NCBI GenBank assembly: GCA_004431415.1
Contig: QPMI01000100.1
Span: 248,001-312,000 of the forward strand
Source of the DNA: Cyanophora paradoxa CCMP329
Taxonomy: Eukaryota; Plantae; Glaucophyta
DNA: 64,000 nt
Direction of reading: 5' to 3'
Part shown: piece by piece, positions 52,873 through 64,000 of the stretch
How the letters are laid out: each line of letters opens with the position of its first letter
Numbering within the stretch: position 1 is the stretch's first letter
Notes under the pieces: generated by a model
Databases searched by the model: none
The model's input: the letters and a program-made list of their open reading frames with translations, nothing else
What the model was told of the DNA's origin: nothing
Position numbers and translations under genes: made by a program

Positions 52873-55864
52873 TCACTTGCGGGAAAAGAAGGTGGCGATG
52901 CCGGCCGGGGCCTCCGCTCGCTTCGCCCGCTTCGGGGCCGGCGCAGGGAGCGCGGCCGCCGCCGCCTGCTGCTCGGCCCGCGCCAGCCGCTCCGCCAGGT
53001 GGAAGTCCTGTGGGGTACAGGGTACAGGATTAAGAACGAGGGGGGAGCGGAAGAGGAGGGGGTACGCGAACCGCGTGCTCCTGGAGGGCCCGCGGGTCCG
53101 GGGGCAGGCGGGCGCCGCACTGGGGGCAGGGCGCCGGCGGCGCTGCGGTCCTCTCCTCCTCCTGAGACGAGTCGACCTCGATGACGCAATCCTCGGCCCG
53201 CGAGGCGGGGGGAGGTGAGCTCGAGGCGGCCGGGGCCGGGCGGAAGTAGTTCTGGAGAGCCCCGGGAGGCGGGGGTGGGGGCGCAGCTGCAGGGGCGGGA
53301 GGAGGGGCGGGGGCGGGGGAGGCTGGGCGGTGGGGTCGGACGGGGGTGCGGGTCGGAAGAATTTGTGGAGGCCGGAGGGTGCAGGGGGCGCGGGGGGCGG
53401 GGCCGGCGCGGGGGGCGGCTGCGCGGCGGCAGCGGAGGGCCCCAGGTCGGACGGGGGTGGGATGGGGGAGGGGGAGGTGGAGGGGCGGAAGAACTGGGCG
53501 ATGCCGGCGGGGGCGGGGCGGAGGGGCAGGGCGGGGGTAGTAGGAGCGGCGGAGGACGACGAGAGGGCGGGGGCGGGGGCGGCGGGCCCGGGTACGGGAG
53601 CGGACGAAGGGGCGGGGGCGGGGAAGAAAGCGCCTATCTCGCGCTGCCTCACATCGACCTCCTCAAAGCCCACGCACTGCGACCCGTACCCTCAGGAGGT
53701 GGGGGGGAAGGAGTCGGGCAGGGGTACGGGATCGGACCTGGATGGAGAGGAGGGTGACGGGGTACCGGGCGGCGCGGCGCCAGAGGATCAGAGCCGCCTT
53801 CACGATCGCGTCGCAGTCGTGCCGAACGTCCGCCTCGTGCTGCAGAAGGGCTGTACCCCCCGCCTCCTCGCCCCCCGGGGCCTCCGCCTCGCCCTCCGCC
53901 TCGGCGTCGTGCTCCGGGGCGGGCCGGGCGGGCGCGGGGCCTCCTAGGAGCTCGCGGGCGTGACAGCGGAGGCCCGATGGTACGAGGCCGGCGAGGGACT
54001 CGGTACGCAGGCCCCTCATACCCCGCCAGATCAAATTCAGCGTCCGCGGCCGCCGCCGCCACGTCACGAAGTCTGCCGCCATCGTGAGTGAGGCGCGCCG
54101 AAAGCATTCCAAAGATCCGCGCGCCGCACCAAGCCGCATCCGCTGCACGAGCTCTCGCGCTGCGGAGCGTCAGCGGGACGGGCGGGGCGCCCGGAAACGC
54201 GTGGCGGACCGAGGATGTGGAGCCACTTGGTGACTCCCGCGAGGGAGTACTCCTGCGGGGGATGTTGTTAGGCCTCTAGTCCCGCCCGGCCGGTCCCGAG
54301 GGCGGGCCGCGGGGTACCTCGTTAAAGCTCTTCGCGGCAAGCATAGACTGCGGCGAGCGGAGCTCTCAGAAGGGTGCCAAACGCTGGGCACAGCAAAAAG
54401 CCGAAGGAAGAGAGGGCGCGCCTTGGGGCGGGTGCGGGGTATGACGTCGGAATCGTCTACCCCCCTGACGATCCGGTAGAGCCAGGCCGCCTGCTTCTCC
54501 CCCACCGCCGCCGCCAGCTCATCCTCCCCCACAGCCACGAGGTCCCCCGCCATCTCAACCTGCGTACCCCTCAGGGGCCGGGGGGGGGGAGTTGGGGGTA
54601 CGAAGGGCGCGCGCGCCTGCGGGAACCGCTCCTTGACGAGCTGGCCGAGCTTGCCCCCGAGGAACCTGTACCCCCGGTCATCGGCGAGGGCGGGCGGGTG
54701 GGGTAAAGGGAGCCGGAGAGGGGGTACCGGATCTTGGTGAGGGGCGTGCGGCCCATGAGCTCGGGGACGGCCGGGGCGGGTACGACGGTCTGCTTGTTGG
54801 GCTTGTTCATGCCGGAGCCGAGCTTGGCGATCGCCTTGCCGTGGGCGACGCCGGCGGAACACGTGAATCGCGTAGCCGCGAAGACGGCCCGCCGCAGCCG
54901 CAGCGCGATCGCCGCGCCGACGAGCAGCCGCCGGCCCCCGTTGTCCTCCTGATCCAGCACCCCCGCCGCCCCGTACACGACGACGTTCGCCCCGGCCCAC
55001 GCGCCGTCGGCGCCGGCGGGCGGTCCCGCGGCGGCGGCGGCGCCGTGCGGGGCGGGGAGCAGGGCCTCGATCTCCTCAGGGGTACGGTGCGCCCAGCCGT
55101 GCGCCCCGAGGTTCAGGAGCGCCTCGTCGACCTCGGCGCTCACGTCCATGTACGCTGCGAAGGGTTCAGGGGGCGTGCGGGGGAGGGGGTACGCGAAAAC
55201 AGCGTTGGGGGTAGGGTACCCTCGTCGATGCTGGCCTTCTCGATGGGCGTGTGGGAGGAGAGGTTGCGCGCGAAGACGTCGAAGATCTCCTGCGGGCGGG
55301 ATGGGCGGGTCAGCGCGGCCGCCTCGGCTCGGCTCTGCATCCCGGCCGACCTGCGAGGCCCGCCGATAGCGCTCCAGGCAGGCCTTCTGGCTGAGGCGAG
55401 AGGTCTCGCCGCCCTCGCCGCCGCCCGGGTTGTTCCCGATCGTCTCCACGTGGACGAGCACGATGTCGGGGCACAGCTCCTTCGCCTGCTCTATGCTGCA
55501 GAAGCGCGCCACGCCCTTCGCCCGCGCCGCGTAGTTCACGGCGATGAGCCCGTCCCATTGCCTGGCGTGCGAGAGAGGGAGCTCATTGGCGTGGAGCTTG
55601 ACACGGCGGCACACGGAGCGCGCACCGAACTGCGAGAGGGATAGAGGGGTCCAAATTCAATCGCTTTGCCTCCACCTGCGCATAGACTGCGGCAGGGCAC
55701 GCGTCAGCGGTAGGCGAACGCGTGCGGGTTCAAATTCTGGGCAGCCGCTCACTGCCGCGCGGGCTCGGTTAGCGTCTGCAATCAGCCACGTCGTGCATAC
55801 AGAGCGCGCACCATGCGTCCAGATCCACATGGATCACAACGCGTCGGGTGTTGATGGAAACCAT
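52873..55864 (-). CDS. POLH: Y-family DNA polymerase eta (multi-exon)
   Basis: Spliced HVDLDAFYAQVE, AVRQWDGLIAVNYAAR, LERYRRAS, EKASIDEAYMD, TCSAGVA...AKLGSGMNKPNKQT and GGKLG; C-terminal DFHLA and PIP-like motifs. Confidence 0.88.
55687..55812 (-). other. Candidate [D1,2] stwintron (nested spliceosomal intron pair)
   Basis: Internal intron 55811-55752 (GTGCGC..GCTAAC..CAG) splits the donor G|TGAGC of an external intron ending GCTGAC..CAG at 55687; two-step splicing restores DAFYAQ. Confidence 0.8.
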
Positions 55865-56130
55865 GCAACGGCGCTCGCGCTGCCCTCAGATACCTCCAGA
55901 ATCCATGCAGAGCCTAGCTACAACACTGCACGCTCGCGTATCGGCCCGCAGGTGCGTCTGACTCTCGCTAGGGTGCGTGTTCTGCGTCGGTTCGGGTGAA
56001 ACTGCCTCTGCTGAAACTACGGCGCTCGCAAAGCACAAGCAGGCCGCTAAGCAGCCGGTGAGCGGCCAAAAAGGCGCGACGGTTTCTGGGTACCGCTGCA
56101 TTCGGAGCGCTGCAAGCCGCGTCCGCTGCG

Positions 56131-57800
56131 ATGCCAAGCGGGAACGCATCGAAGCTCCCGTGGCGTGCGCCGCGCCGCGTGCTGCTGACGGTGTGGGCGC
56201 TTCTGGCGCTCGTCCTGGTATCCTCGGCGTACCTTGCGGGGCTCTTGAGCGCGAAGCGCGCGGTGCCGCAGCACGCCGCCGCGCTGCGATCTGCAGTGGT
56301 GCTCATGGCTCTTCCTCGAGGCCCGGCGCATGCGGGAGCAAGCGCTTCCAAAGTGCGTTTAGCCAGCCGGCTGCATGCGGATTCGCCAGCTGCTGAGCGC
56401 TTCGCAGGCGAACAGGCTGTTCCCAGCATCCGTAATGAATAAGGCGAAGTGCGCGTGTGACGCCCGCCCGCCCGCCTGATCGTAATCCGCATCGTATTGA
56501 ACTTTCGCCCGGCCAGCTACGCTCGAAGTCATGGATACAGCTTCCGTACGTTTTTTTGCACCCTCGCGTTCGCGCGCGAGAGTTCTCTTCGACGGCGCCC
56601 AGGCGTGGACATGGAGGACGTTCCGAACGGCTGGACGAACCACGTGCGTTTTGCATGCATTCTCGCCTGCCAGGCTGCACTTCCCTGACTAGCCGCTCCC
56701 AGTGGTCGAAGGTGGGCGTTTGATGCACTTCGTGCTTTTTTAAACGCTCACATTCTCCACCACGGCACAGCTCTACGCCTTGCGTAGAGCGGCGAAAGAA
56801 TTCCAGTGATGCCCATGCAGAAGCTAGATCAGCTGTGTCTCTGCTCAGCCTTAGCGCAGATGGACTCTCTGGAAGGATGTGGACGTGTTTATAACCAATC
56901 AGACGACAACTATCGACGAGATGCTGCAGATACCCAGATCAAAGGGCCTCGATCCTGACAGTGTGCTTCTGGTTGCTCCCTGCCTCTTTCCCGACTCCCG
57001 ACCCAGTGATCACGGGCATTGCAGTGCTGGTTTGCTGCTGCGATAATGTGGAAGGCTCGGGCCAACTCAAGTTCTTCGTGAGTGGAGGTGAGAGGGCGTT
57101 GTAAGGAGAAACACAACAGATGCCAATTTTGATGCCGATTGTGATCAGAGCCTAACCAGCATGTGAACACTGGCAGCTTGCTTTTGCGCTCATCGCCTTG
57201 GTAAACAGATCTCTATCTGTACTATACATTATGCACGTGGATAACATTGCCTCCTCCTCATCTCAGGACGTCCGCCTTTCTGAATGAGGTCCTGGCCGTC
57301 GGCCCTATTCCTGGGCATGTATGGAATGACCAGGTGGGCATCAACATACCAGCATCCGCACTCAATTACAATTGAATGCGCATTAGCTGAATTCATCTTG
57401 ATACAGATCAGCATCATCCATGTGCTCGACCGCATGCAGCGGGAGCAGCATAACGTCACAGCACATGTCTTCTGTGGCAAGGAGCTTGCACAGCTCTGGC
57501 GATACGCGGACGGCAGCAGCCCTCCGGGAACATTCAGCGAGCACTATGCAGGCAACTTCTGCAAGGACTTGGCGTGCATCGATCAGCTCCTACAAAGAGC
57601 AGTAGAGGGCCTGAACACCTCCAGATCAGCCCAGTGAGCTTCGTATGCACAGTCAGCCTTCGCATTGCAGCAAACTCATCTGCATTTTTAAAACATGATG
57701 GAAACTACTGCATGCTCGATGTTCGGGGGCTCAAAAGTGTGGAAGATCCTGAAGACTCTGAATCCTTGGCCTAATCGTGAAGTTAGAACTTTGCACAAGA
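56131..57800 (+). CDS. Probable multi-exon gene for a type II membrane protein (function unknown)
   Basis: Signal-anchor RRVLLTVWALLALVLVSSAYLAGLL and intron-like gtgcgc...cag segments; structure unresolved. Confidence 0.3.
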
Positions 57801-57883
57801 ATGAAACGCATCAGCCTTCAGACCTGTGTCGATTAAGAAACGAAATTGTGTACATGTCTCCACAGAGCTGTCATGCGAGCGTG

Positions 57884-58801
57884 CTACTGCAGGGAAGCCA
57901 CAATGGATTGCACAGCCATGTAGGTCCTGGGGCAAAGCTGCGGGCCGGAGTCGGGATCCAGTCTGTCGGCCAGGGCAAGGAGATCGTTTTTATCTGTAGT
58001 GGCTTCAGAGAGCATGCAAAAATGAGAACATTGAAGGGTGTGCATCACCATCCACGTCCTCATACGTGGCCCGAGCAAGGCTGCAGGGCACGCCAGCTCG
58101 CTGCAAGGCTTCGATCTGCTTTTGCCCGGTCTGTTCGCAACTCCACGGGATGTCGCGGAAGACTTCCGATGAACGGGGCTTATCGCTGCAGGCCGGGGAA
58201 AGCGAGAGAAGAACGTAGCTGCAAGGAATCACTGCATCAGCTGCAGAAACACGACAGATTTGTAGAGAGCGGACACGAACCCGCCATCACACGCTTTTGC
58301 GAGGAAAGCTTTGGGCTCTGCGGTCTGAACCACCTCATCAGCTTCCTCAAGCAGGGACCTGGGAATGTCTGGCAGGTCCTGCGAAGAGGATGGCCAGTCA
58401 TGCGCCTCGACGCGTACGTAAGAAAGCGAGAGATAACGCACGCTTCCAATGAAGATCGAAGCCCGTCGGGAGGCTACAGGGTGCTCCAGCGCGGCCTGCA
58501 GACGGTCGCCGAGAGATCCGCCCGCTAACTGAGGAACCAGATCCCAGCGCGTAGACAGCTCCGGGCGCAACTCGAGCAGAAGTTCCCGCATCCTCGACTC
58601 GTCGCCGGAGTAGTAGAGGTACAACGCAATCCGCTCGCTGAGCGTCGCCGCCAGGCGCTCAAGGAGGTCAAGCAGCGCGGCCCGAGCGAAAGTCGCTGCG
58701 TGCTCCGGTCCAATCCCGCTGGCCAGGCGAGTTTTGCATGCTCCAGGAAGCGGGTACTTCGCGACAAGGAACAGCGCGGTCCGCGCGGCCGGCCCGGGCA
58801 T
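57884..58801 (-). CDS. DUF2064 / TIGR04282-like glycosyltransferase (multi-exon; end approximate)
   Basis: VAKYPLPGACKTRL, LGDRL, IGS|DLPD, DGGF, IPWS and DVD motifs. Confidence 0.75.
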
Positions 58802-59295
58802 GCGACTGCTGGCGCTGCAGGCCCGCACGCACGTCAGCGGCGCTTTGGCCAAAGGCGCATACGAGAGCATGTACTTATACGCACGTGTAGAAGCAGCGCA
58901 GGGCTCCTCACTGAGAGCTGCGTCAGTCTGACCGCCGTACTCTGGCTGCTTGTCGCGCACCGCACGGCGTCGGGTCAGGCTGCGATGCGGCACTGCAGCT
59001 GGCTCGTTCGGCCTCTCCCCTACTTACACCCCCTCGGGCCTGGTCCTTTGTACCCCTGGTCCTGGTCCTTGTACCCCGGCCCTTGTTTCCTATTGTACCC
59101 CCTTTACCCCTCTCTTTGCCGCTCCCTGCGATGCAGCAGCTCCGTAGGCGTTGAAGGTGTGGTGCAGATTCTGTACTCAAAAAGCGTCCTGCTTGCTAGA
59201 GCGAGCGAATCTAGGGGGAAGAGGGGGCGCCGCTGCGGGGCCCCGTATGTACACTGGAGAGTCCCGCCGGGTCGCGGCCGGGGGCGCCGATGCGC

Positions 59296-62200
59296 CTACT
59301 TGGCGGCGCGGGCCTTGGCCTCCTCGTGGGCCTTCTCCGCCGCGGCCTTGGCCTCCGCGGCCGCCGCGCGCATCGCCTGCGCCGCGTCGCGCGTCTTCTC
59401 CGCCGCCGCCTTCGCCTCGGCGGCCACGCCCTTGCGCTTCTCGGCCTCGGCCTTGGCGGCCTCGGCGGCCTCCTTGTCGGAGCCCGGCTTGGCGAGCTCC
59501 AGCGTCGCCTTCTTGACCTCCATCTCCGCCTTGGCCTGCTCCATGGCCGCCTTCTTGGCCGCCGTCTCCGCCGAGGCCGCCTCTAGCTCGGCCTTCTTCA
59601 GGTCCTGCTCGGCCCGCGCCAGCGCGATGGCCGCCTGCTCGACCTCTGCGCCGGACTTGGCCTTGTCGAGCTCGGCCCGCTGCATGGAGGCCTCCCGCTT
59701 GAGCTTGGCCATGTCCTCGGCAGCGGGGACCTTGCCAGCGTCGAAGCTCTTCATCGCCTGCACCTCGTCCATCATCGTCTTGCGCGCCGCGTCCGCCATC
59801 TCCTTCTCCTTCTTCAGCACGTCCATCTGCTTCCTGTAGAAGTCCTCCATCTGCTCCTTCTCCTTCTTCACCGAGTCGACCTCCGAGCGGGGCGCGCGCG
59901 GGGCCCCCAGCTTGGCGCCCGGGCCGCCCATCGGGGTCGGCTCCACCTCGTCGCCGTGCCCGTACACCTGCGCCTCTTATATTAGCCGGCGCCGGCCCCC
60001 GGCCCCCGGCCCCCGCCCCCCGCTCGCCTGGAGGGTGATGTGGTCGTTCTTGAGGTAGTTGATGAAGTCGGGCGTGACGGTCGGGATCGCGAAGGTCTTG
60101 GAGTAGTGGAAGTCGAGCTGCTGGCCCGTCGACTTGCCGGGGATCGCCTTGGTCCGGAACGCCTCGCGCTCGAGGTAGAACCGGAACTCGACGAAGGGGT
60201 CGTTGATGCCCACGAACTCCTTGGCCGACTCGATGTTGACCATGAGGTGCATGCTCTTCCCGATGAGCTGGATCGGGTCGTCGATCTCGGCCGCGTCCTC
60301 CTGCTCGGCGAGCTTGCGGCCCTCGGCGTCCACGACGAAGAGCTGGACCTTGAGCATGCCCTTCTTGGCGCCGCTGTAGTCCACGACGTGGTACCAGTCG
60401 TCCACGTCGAGGATGTAGGCGAGGGGCTGGAGGAAGACCTGGCAGCGCCCGATGACGGTGTCCTCGGGGGGGTCCCAGAACGGGTCCTCGGCCTTGGGGA
60501 GGAGCACGGGCCCCTGCTCCAGGAAGTTCTGGTAGACGTCGCGGATAAGGTGGATGCGGTTCTCGAACTTCTCGATGTCCCAGAGCCAGACGGTCTTCGT
60601 GGCGACCTGCTCGACGCGCACGCGCATCTCCATCTTCGTCGACGAGATGCTCGAGATGCCGACGCTGGCCTCGCCGATCGTGTCCACCAGCTTGACCTCG
60701 AAGGTGACGCCCTTCTTCAGCTCCTGGGCGATCATGTTGCACTCGTTCACCTGCGCGGAGCGGAGCGGAGTTAGATTGGATGGATCGGATGGGATAGATT
60801 GGAAGGCTGGCTCGCCTCTGGGATGATTCGGTTGAGGGAGTCCTCCATGAGGGCCATGTCGCGCTTGCGCTTGCCGGCCTGCTCCTCGATCATCTGGAGC
60901 GCCTTGGCCTTCTCCTCCAGCTCCTTCTCCTTCGCCTCGAGGAGCTTCTTGAGGTCGTCGTGGCCCGAGACGCCCAGCGACTCGAGCTCCTTCTTGCGCT
61001 TGGCGGCCTCCTCCTCCAGCTGCCGCATCTTCTCCTCGAACTCCTTCCGCCGCTGCGCCTCCTCCTCGTCCATCTTGCCCGACGCTGCCCCCAGGCTCAT
61101 CCTGCGAGGCAGGCGGGGCGCTCAGCGGCGAGGAAAGGCAGAGCTGAGCGGAGCGGAGCCGGGCGCGCGGGCGCACCCGAGGCCCTGGGCCTCGACGAAC
61201 TCCTTCTGGGCGAACTCCCACGTGAAGTCGAACGAGGGGTCGCCCGTCGGCATCTGGAAGCGGTAGAAGTGGTTCATCCCGAAGATGATGCGGTCGTTGT
61301 GGCTCAGCTGCGTCGGCGAGGTCGCCTGCTTGCCGTTCACGAAGGTCTTGGCGCCCGCCTTGGGGACCAGCGTCACGACGCCGTCGGCGTTGGTGAACTC
61401 GCAGTGCTCGGCCTGGATGTTGAGGCCGGCGAGGCCGATCTGTGGCGGCGGGCTCGTGTTCTTCTTGCCGGCGCGCGTCGTCTCGCCGGGCTTGATCAGG
61501 TAGACGATCTTCTCGGAGAGGAGCAGGTCCTCGTTCAGGTTCGTCAGGAGCGGCGTGACCTTCTTGTCGTCCTCCGAGATGCCGGCCTGGGCCGTGACGA
61601 AGGCCGCCGCCTCCGACATGCGCTGCTCCCAGGACTTCTGCTTCTCGGCGAGGAGCGCCTCGTTCTGGCGCATCTGGTCCTCGAACTCCTTCTTGAGGCG
61701 CTCGACCTCGGCCGGGTCCGCGCCGCCGCCCGCCCCGATGGCGATCCCGCCCGTCTCCAGTGCCTTCTTCAGGCGGTCGTTCTCCTCCTTCAGCTCGCGG
61801 ATGAGCTGCGCGCAGCTCAGAGCGCGCCCCGGGTCGGGTCGAGCGAGCGCGGCCGGCGCGGCGCGCCTTCTCGGTCGGGTTCTCGTTCTTGATGGCGGCG
61901 TTCTTGATCTTCTTGGCGCGGTCGGCGTACCGGAGCGTCGAGAGGGTCTCCTCGTAGTTGATGTCGGCGGGCGACAGGGCGCAAATCATGCTGCGGGAGC
62001 GCACGCACGTTAGAAGCGGGCGGGCGTCAGGGCGGGCAGGCGGAGCAGAGCGGGGCGCACATGGTCTTGGAGTTGCCACCCAGGGCGTCTTGCAGGAGAC
62101 GCGTGAGCACCGAGTTACGGTACGGGACGAAGACGCCCTTCTTGCCGGTCGACTGCGCCGCCCCGCGTCACTCGGGGCCGGCTCGGCGGAGAGGCGGCTG

Positions 62201-63985
62201 GGCGGGCGGCTGGCGCCGGGGGGGGGGGGGGGGGGGGGGGGGGGCGCACCGCGTCGGCGAGGGCCGAAATCACGTTACCCAGGGCGGAGAGCGACTGGTT
62301 GATGGCGCACCCCTCCTGCTCGCCGGCGGCGCGGTCAGAAGCGTCCGAGCGGGCGGGCGGGCGGGCCGGCGGGGCTCGCCTTGAGGCGGTCGCCCGTGGC
62401 GCCGGTGGACTCGGCACGCTCCGAGCCAGCCAGATCGATCTGTCCGTCCGTCAGGCGCGGCTCGGCTTCCGGGGAAGGGCGGCAGGCTCCAACGGACCAG
62501 GTTGATCTTGGACGATGTCTCGGACTTCCCGAGCGGAGTGTTCTGCGCCGCGCACCCTCAGGAACCGAAGCCGATCGAGGGAGGGGCGGGGGAGAGAAAG
62601 GGGGGACGCACGGTGACGATGGTGAAAGTGATGGTGAACACAGTGTGCGCGCGCGAGCTCGTAGCATTCACTGGCGAGGCGGGGGGGGGGGGATCAGCGG
62701 GGGTACAGGCGGCGGGACGGGGCGGGGGCCTCGGGCGGACTCTGCGTGGAGCCAATGGTACGGTTGGTCGTGCCTTCGTCCATCTGGCGCTCGACCTCCT
62801 TGTAGCTCGTGCAGGGGATGCTGCGCGGCGGAGTGAGGCCCGGGCGAGCGGACGGGCGGGCGGCGGCGCCGGTGCCCCGCGTCTGAGGGAGCAAGCGCAC
62901 GCGGCGAGGTCCTCGACGTAGACACCGCGCTTGTCTTGCTTGACCTTCAGGCCGCCCGGCGGGTTGTTCTTCGGGTTGAGGAGGTCGCGGACCTCTGCTC
63001 GGGCCCCGCGTCAGCGGGGGCGCGTCCGCGGGGCGCGTCCGCTGCGGCCGAGAAGCGGGGCGCGGGACCGGCGCGCGCACTCTCGTTGTAGATCTCAAGC
63101 ATACTGACAGTCATCTGGAAGGACTTGGCCGGGTCCGGGTTCGCCGTGATTCGCTCGAACATGGTTTCGCAGCTGCCGGGGGCGCGTCAGGAAGCGAAGG
63201 GACACGGAGCAGCGGGGAGCGGAAGGATTATGACACGGAATCGGGCAACGAAGAGGGAAGGAGGGAGGGCGCAGCGCTTCGCGGAGCGCGTGTGCGGCGG
63301 GGGGCGCGAGCTCACGTAATGGGAATGATACCCTTGTTGGTACCGTAGCCGACCATAGAGTACGACTTGCCGGCACCGGTCTGTCACATGCAATTAGCGC
63401 GCGCGAGAGCGATGCCGGGAACGCAGGTGGGGCGCGCTGACTTGGCCGTACGCGAACAGACTGACGGGGGAGCGCAAGTCAGGCGGACGCCGAGCGGCGC
63501 GCGAAGATGCTGCGCGCACCTGCAGTTGTATCCGTTCCACGCATTGTCGAGCACGGAGGTACCCAGGTCGTCGAACACCTTCCGCTGAGACGCGTACTTG
63601 GGCGATACTGAAGGGATAGGTCAGCGCGGACCGACCGACGCGTCACGAAGGCCAAAGCACCTGCGACGGAGTAGCCCGTCTCATCGTTGACGAAGCCGTC
63701 TGCAAGGCGGTATCAGGACGCCGTCAAGCGGATTCCTCGCAAGCTTGCGCAAGAGCGCTAGCGGACCGTGCGACCAGTACGAGAAATCGAAAGCGAAGTG
63801 CTTCGGCTCGTCTGTGTTAAAAGCCTCACGTCAGCTCGCGGGCGCTGGGTCGAAAACGAAGCGATGCGGACTCGTTTCGGGATTGACGATGGAAGTCTGC
63901 GTACGGGCGAGCGGTCAGCGACAGACGCCAGGAACTATGAAAGTTAATGCAATAGCGCACCTGGACCCCCTCCATCTCGATAATC
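59296..63985 (-). CDS. Kinesin-3 family motor (KIF28-like) with FHA and C2-like domains; 5' end outside the window
   Basis: [57 protein letters not shown] and [15 protein letters not shown]; FHA-like NLNED...HNDRIIFG; many short GT-AG introns. Confidence 0.9.
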
Positions 63986-64000
63986 TGCAGTGCAAAGTAC

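Noticed and set aside
62218-62244. Long poly-G run as a functional element
   Set aside because: It lies in a kinesin intron, and homopolymer length is unreliable in assemblies.
39094-63588. Numerous long overlapping Arg/Gly/Pro/Ala-rich ORFs
   Set aside because: Shadow frames of very GC-rich, intron-containing genes; only motif-supported spliced genes were kept.

Overview
The window has two parts. Positions 1-39142 are AT-rich, intron-free and gene-dense. They hold three related, stacked endogenous Polinton-like viruses (Maverick/PLV type), here called A, B and C. Element A (1-12042, +) encodes an AEP primase-SF3 helicase, a RING protein, a GIY-YIG nuclease, a protein-primed-type PolB and an rve integrase. 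It is inserted inside the major capsid gene of element B. Element B (to about 24.5 kb, +) encodes a packaging ATPase, a PolB-SF1 helicase-HNH fusion, an integrase, a DUF5710-like protein and a bacterial-type AdoMet decarboxylase. Element C (about 25.3-39.1 kb, mostly -) encodes two penton-like proteins, an MCP, an ATPase, a primase-helicase and a PolB, but no integrase; its MCP and PolB each carry one in-frame stop. A and C end in the same structure: a perfect 28-bp palindrome with covarying arms and a conserved GA/GA plus GAA-loop cap, ending in TGTGT exactly at the insertion junction. Each of these two elements has its own iteron-like module, present both downstream of its primase gene and in its terminal region. 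Element A is almost purged of CpG. Positions 39143-64000 are very GC-rich, intron-rich eukaryotic host DNA. They contain shuffled duplicated fragments of a rotatin-like gene and of DNA polymerase eta, an apparently full-length Pol eta gene whose first intron looks like a [D1,2] stwintron, a DUF2064 glycosyltransferase-like gene and a kinesin-3 (KIF28-like) gene. All calls are from motif recognition by eye; no searches were run.
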